The translations under genes were made by a program, and so were the position numbers. 64,000 nucleotides of DNA from the human T2T-CHM13v2.0 reference genome, Homo sapiens: the NCBI RefSeq assembly GCF_009914755.1, contig NC_060926.1; one strand, written 5' to 3'. The notes under the pieces were generated by a model. The model was not told the DNA's origin. It saw only the letters and a list, made by a program, of their open reading frames with translations, and did no database searches. Positions 57,458 through 64,000 of this stretch are shown here, piece after piece; positions within the stretch are counted from its first letter, which is position 1, and each line of letters opens with the position of its first letter.

Positions 57458-57558
57458 GCATTATTATTGGTTTGTACAATTAGAGTTTGTTCAAATTTAC
57501 CTGTATATTTATCATTTTTATTGCCAATGATTCTTTTAGAATTTTAGACCCTCCTAGG

Positions 57559-57940
57559 TGATGATTTGGCTCTGTGTCCCCACCCAAATCTCATGTTGAA
57601 CTGTGATCCTGAGTGTTGGAGGTGGGGCCGGGTGGGAGGTAATTGGGTCATGGGGGCAGATTTCCCCCTTGCTGTTCTCATGATAGTGAGTGAGTTCTCA
57701 CGAGATCTGGTTGTTTAAAAGTGTGGAGCACTTCCCCCTTAGCTCTCTCTCTCTCTTCTGCTCCACCATAGTAAGATGTGTTTGCCTCTTCTTGGCCTTC
57801 TGCCATGATTGTAAGTTTCCTGAGGCTTCCCAGCCATGCTTCCTGTACAGCCTGTAGAACTGAGTCAATTAAACCCCTTTTTTCATAAATTTCCCAGTGT
57901 CAGGTAGTTCTTTATAGCAGTGTGAGACGAATCTAACACA
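57559..57940 (+). mobile_element. THE1D/MSTA-like solo LTR
   Basis: tttggctctgtgtccccacccaaatctc...ttctttatagcagtgtgaga; TSD ctagg / ctaag. Confidence 0.9.
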
Positions 57941-58593
57941 CTAAGATTAGCGTTTTTCTTTCCGAAGTAAACTTTAGAAGGTAATTGACTTAGCATATGT
58001 TTATGAAACACTTAGGTTCTTTTTTGGCCTTTTGTTTGTCTTTGTTTTTGAAAAATTTCACAGAGTATGCAATTTAATGTTGACAGTTGTTTTTCTCTCC
58101 GTACTTTGAAGATATTCCACTCTTTCTCATTCAAATATCAGATATCTGACTAATTAATTATCCTTCATTAGGTATTCTGTCTTTTCTTTCTGACTACTTT
58201 TAAACTTTCTCTGTGGCTACTTTTTCTTTATTTTCACTGTATTATTTCTAAGAGTATTTCTTTTTATTTAAGCCTTTGGGGATTTGTTTGCTTCTTGAGT
58301 ATGAAAATCCTTGTATTTCTCATTAATTATCTCTTCAATGTTTTGTCTTCACAATTGTCTCTATTATCTTTTTTTATTAATTTTTTTTGCAGCTCCATGT
58401 GTTGAACTTTCTCACTCAGAGTCCTATACTCTTAAACCAACTTTGATATTTTCTATTTCTATGTCTTTCTGAGCTTCATTCTGGATAATTCATTGTCTCT
58501 GATAGTTTGAAAATTGATACAGTTAAATTGAGATAACCACTAGAACAGTCAGAATTTGGGTTTGGAAGCTACAAGGTGAAGACTGAGAATTGA

Positions 58594-58898
<305 letters not shown>

Positions 58899-60219
58899 CA
58901 AGAATGGAAAATTCTAAGACCCTAGATAAGAGAGAGGAAAAGGTACAGAGTAGCAAATACCAATTAAGTATGGATAGCAGGAAGGAAAGCAGAAAAGGCA
59001 GGTCTTGAAATGTTTCAAGTCATCATTTAGAAAATTATTTCTGAAAAGAGAATAATGGGAAACTTATACGTAAAACAATATTTTGTTCAATCTCCTACTC
59101 TGACAAATAAGAGAGCACATCCTGCTTGAATTTTTGTCTTTTTTGTACCAGAGATTAGATGGCATTTAAAAAAATGGAGGAAAAGTCTTGCCTAGTAATA
59201 AAGTTTATTAACTAGGCTTCAAAATTTAAGGGTTAAATTTTAAAGAGGGCACTATGAACACCTATAGAACATGTAGGGATAAAGGAGAGTCACTACAAAG
59301 GACTAAAGTGTACAGACATTGCTTTCATAGTAAGCATGAGTGTTTTCTTTATATTTTGATTTGTATTACCTAAGTAGTGGTTCGAAGCTGCATTTCTTTG
59401 CAAAAAATAAAAACATCACATATAAAGCCAAAATCCCTTTACTATCCTCCTCAATTTTAGAACATTCATCCTGGAGGAACCATGATGTAGATTTTCTCTA
59501 AATATTTACATTAAAAGGTGCCCAGATAGAACATATGAACTAATTGTATGTGTACTATATGTGTAGTTTGTATATATGTGTTTCATATAAGATTAGAAAC
59601 ATAGGTAGATGCTGCCCACTAGAAAGCCAGAATGAAACTGATAATATTCTAATCAGGAAGCGACGAGGTCCCAAAACAGGACTGACAGAGCAAAGGAAGT
59701 GGCTAAAGTTGATAAATGTGTATATGTGGAAGGAGAAAGATTTGAAAGTAAAGATAATGCCAAAGATTTGGGCTTAAATACCAGGATAGCAGCTGGTGAT
59801 TCCCTTGGTGTTTAGGAAGTAGGGCAGTTGGGAAAATTTTAAATGAAACAAAGACATTTGTGTGAGGCATGCTGATTTGAGGTAGAAATGACCTCAAATC
59901 TGATTTAAATCTTTAATCAAATAATAGTCTTCTGTGGCTTGAAATGTACCTTATTTGACTATCTATTTAATAAGTATTCTACCCTACTGAATATTGATGT
60001 CTATTTAGATCCGTCCCAGTCATCATTATATTCAAAATTTTAAATTCTTTAAAAAGTGTTTCTCTAATTTTTTTTTTCCTTTAACGGACATTCTTTAAGA
60101 ATTTGCTATTTAACTGTAGTGTTGAACAGTAAATTTTTAATCTGGACAGTTAGAGCTGTGTAACCTCAGTCAAGTCATTTGCCTTCTTGTGGCGAGTGTG
60201 CTGTTTAAACAAGGACATG

Positions 60220-62290
60220 TAGGCTTCCTTTCCCATCAACATTGAAGACTAGGTATCCTAACTTACCCTTCTTCTGAAAGCAACTAAATGCTAAGCAATT
60301 CTTTTTTAACTCCTTAAGTGCATTAATAATATGACTACAAGACAAATAAAAAACTAAGTGAAGTCAAGATTCCAGAAGTGTTTCTATGTAAGAGAATAAG
60401 AGTAAGTTAGAAACAAGCCAGATTCCTTCCTCCCTGCACCCCACATTCCACCCCCTGCCACTCAGAATGCAAGGAAAATAGCATGATGCTCAATAAGAGA
60501 GAAAAAAATTATCCTTTGAAAATTGCTAAAGAAATGCCAACCCTCAGGGCTTATAGGTCAGTTTACATTGGCTGGGTTCTTCAAAAATCTTAAAATGGCA
60601 TACCAGAAGCAAATGCAAGTGCTCTTTGGAGGAATTACCTCAATCACAGGTCTCAAAGAATTTTAATAGGTGATGCTTCACATGAGATAACATGACAGAA
60701 ACAGACTACAAAAAATGGCAGATACATGAATTATCAATCATGCATTATAAACCAACCATGTTAAAAGTTTAAGAAATAAGACAGTAGCTTGAAAGTATGA
60801 GCAGGAAGAAAGAAAACATAAAAAAGGAACATGAATTTTTGGAAAAGAAAACAAGTAGAACTAGAAATAAAAATTACAATAAATTTAAAATTCAGTGGAT
60901 TGTACTAACTACATAGTAGATTAAATTAGAGAAACAATAAGTGTACTGGAAGGTGGATCTGAGAAATTATTAGGAATGTAGAATGCAGAGACAAAGAAAC
61001 AGGAAATATATAAAAGTGATAATGGAAATATGGAGCATAGAGTGAGAAAATTTACCTTATAAAAAAGAAAAAAAGAGAATTGATACAGCAGAAGCGAGGT
61101 TTAAAAAATTTCCACAACCAATAACAAACAATAATCCATACCTTCAAGAAGCTCAGCAAATTACAAGCATAAAAAAGTTCATATGTGACAAATCCTACTG
61201 GAATTGCAGAGACTTACGTGGTCGAGATATTATTTTGAAAGACCCATTACATTAACAGAAGCAATGATAAACCAGGAATTAATGAACTCTGCTGTGAAGG
61301 GTGAGATGGTAAATAATTTAGGTTCTGAAGGCTGTATAATATCTGTCACAAATATTAAACTCTGCCATTTTAGCAAAAGCAGAGATAGAAAATGTGTAAA
61401 TTATTAAGCAGGCTGTGTTTCAATAAAGCTTTATATACAAAAAAAAAAAAAGATGGTGATCCAGATTTGGCAGGTGGGTCACAGTTTGCTCACCCCTAAG
61501 TTAGACTGACATCTAACTCCTCAACAACAAAAATGGGAGACAGAGGCAATAGAATAACTGTAATGAAATGAAATAAGACCATGGCCAACTTGCCCTTCCA
61601 TAGGCAGCAAAATGTCATTCAAGAATAAGGTAAACTAAAGACATTTCCCAGAAAAAAAAATCTGATAGATTTTACCATCAACATAACTTTACTGAATAAA
61701 ATTCTTAAAAATGTAACTTCAGGCAAGGGGAAAAAGTGATCTCAGATAAAGAAATAAAAAGATAAAGAGCAATAAAAATAATATGTGAGTAAATCTAAAT
61801 CAGTATCAACTATGTAAAACAAAAATAAAGGTATAACAAGCATATAAACAATAAATAAATAAGATAGAGCTAAAATTTCCAATGATAATAGCATTTACTG
61901 TGAAAGGAGTGACTGGAATAAAGTGCTGTAAGTTCTTAAATTGTTCAGAATGAGGGTGGAAATATTGATTAGCTTTAGGCTATAATATTGATATAAGTAA
62001 ATTAAATGTATGTAAATGTATATAAACGTCCTAAAGGAAGCACTACATAATAGAAAGAGAAAAAGGAAATCCAAACAATTAAGGGAGAAATACGTTTTTT
62101 AAAAATCTACTATAAAAAAGTCAAGAAAGGAAAGAAAAATATCATAGAAAGAGACATACAAAAAGGACAAAAAATATGGTAGAAACGTCTACATATATAA
62201 GCAGTTAGCATTAATATAAATATACTGAATGCTCCAAATAAATAAAAATGGTAATGCTGGTTTTTAAAAAGCCACCTATTTACTACCCTA
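60220..62290 (+). mobile_element. very old L1M (L1ME-like) 5', ORF1 and ORF2-start remnant
   Basis: A-rich ORF1-like coiled-coil region, aaagacattt motif, ORF2 start-like taaat..actgaatgctccaa. Confidence 0.55.
61273..61498. mobile_element. MER58A
   Basis: ctgtgaaggg..agatggtaaata...ggctgtgttt.caataaa.cttta...cagtttgc..acccct. Confidence 0.8.
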
Positions 62291-64000
62291 GGGAAGAAGA
62301 GCAATTTGAGCCTACAGCAAAGAAAAGGGAATAAATAGTAAAATTTAGAGCAGAAATCAATGAAATTACAAAGACGTAAACAATTAAGAGATTGTTTTGT
62401 TTTTGAGACAGGGTCTCACTCTGTCACACAGGCTGTAGTGCAGTGGTGATCATAGCTCACTGCAGCCTCAAACTCTGGTTCAAGTGATCCTCCTGCCTCA
62501 GCCTCCCAATAGCTGGCACCACAAGTATGTGCCACCACGCCTGGCTAATTTTTGTATTCTTTGTAGAGATGAGTGTTGTCTCTACAAAGAATGTCACTAT
62601 GCTGTCCAGGTTGGTCTCAAACTCCTGGGCTCAATCCCACCACAGCCTCCCAAAGTGCTGGGATTACAGACATGAGCTACTGCACCCAGCCTAATAAGAG
62701 AATATTGACAAACCTCAAACCTCATTCTTTGAAAAGATTCATACATGTATTAGCCTATAACCAAGAAAAAAGAGAGAAGACACAAATTATAAATATCAGA
62801 TGAAGGAAGGTCATTATTACTGATCTCATGGATATTAAAAGGATAATAAAATAATACCACAAACAACTCTATGCTTACAAGTTTGATAACTTAGATGAAA
62901 TGGACCAATTCCTTGAAAGACACAAAGTACCAAAATTCACAAAGAGAAATAGATAATCTGAATAGGCCTATATCTATTTTTAAAATTATTTCAATAATTC
63001 ATAACCTTCCCCCCAAAAAAGCATCAGGCCCAGATGGTTTTATCGCTAAATTCTACCAAACATTTAAGGATGAAATTACATGAACCAATTTTTTACATTC
63101 TTGTAGAGAAATAGAAGCAGACAGAATATTTCTAAACTTAATATATGAAGCTAGAATTAACCTATACCAAAGTCAGACAAAGACATTACAAGGAAGGATA
63201 ACTAAAGACAGATAGCTTTCATGAACATAGAAAGCTAAAGCAATCTTTTGTTAAAGATTTCATACAAAATCTTTAACAAAATATTCATAAATCTATTTCA
63301 ACAATCTATAAAGAAAATAATATGCTATGATTGAGTGGGATTTATTTCAAGTGTGCAAGACTGGTTCAAAATTCAAAAATCAATCAATGTACTTCACCAA
63401 TTAGGCTAAAGACAAAAAAAATCACATACTCAAATCCACTGATGTGGAAAAAGAATTCAACATAATCCAACACCCATGCATAATAAAATTCCTCAGCAAA
63501 TTAAGAATAGAGGGGAACTTCCCCACTTGATAAAGAAAATCTACAAAAAGATCCACAGCTACATTTTACTTAATGGTGATAAACTAAATATTTTACTCCT
63601 AAGACTGGGTACAAGGCCAGGACATCCTTTCTTTCTAGGTACCCGTTCAATTTTTGTGCTGGCAGACCAAGCCTATTCAATTATATGAGAAAATAAAGTA
63701 AAATATATAAAGATTGAAAAAAGAAATGAAATGTCTTTATTTACAGATGACATGATTGTCTATGTAAAAAATTTGAAAGACTTGACCAAAAAAATACTCA
63801 CTCATGGATCCAATAAGTGAGCATTGCAAGATCACAAGATATAAGGATAACATGCAAAATGAATGTTTTTCTATATACCAGGAATGAACAATTGGAATTT
63901 AAATTTTAAACAACAAAACATTTACAATAGCACAAAAAAGAGAAAGAAATACTTAGTTATAAATCTAACAAAATATGTACAGGATCTATATGTGGAAAGC
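62290..64000 (+). mobile_element. old L1M ORF2 remnant (RT region), runs off the window
   Basis: KKASGPDGFIAKFYQTFK, tttacagatgacatgattgtctatgta (FTDDMIVY). Confidence 0.85.
62393..62691 (-). mobile_element. AluJ
   Basis: Reverse-complement dimer inside the L1. Confidence 0.9.

Overview
This is AT-rich primate (human-like) genomic DNA dominated by interspersed repeats, with no confidently recognisable host protein-coding gene, RNA gene or CRISPR array. Main elements: (1) a near full-length ancient LINE-1 (L1MA4A-like, +, ~3.1-11.9 kb); (2) a full-length, coding-dead L1PA2-like LINE-1 (-, 44380-50399) with 12-bp target-site duplications (TSDs), an intact 5'UTR and an open, extended ORF0; (3) an ERVL pol remnant with an MLT2F-like 3' LTR; (4) many Alu, MIR, L2, MaLR/ERV solo LTR and MER DNA-transposon copies. 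The most unusual structure is a ~1.45-kb cassette inside ORF2 of the ancient L1. It carries repeats older than its host (MIR, MER33), ends in AATAAA plus poly(A) and is flanked by a degenerate TSD, which suggests a retrotransposed transcript 3' end or orphan 3' transduction. Other leads are a predicted L1 ORF0-MLT1F splice fusion, a micro-inversion in an MLT1A LTR, a perfect 15-bp hairpin, and weak exon-like signals in the first 2 kb. Repeat subfamily names come from recalled consensus sequences, and boundaries of old repeats are approximate.
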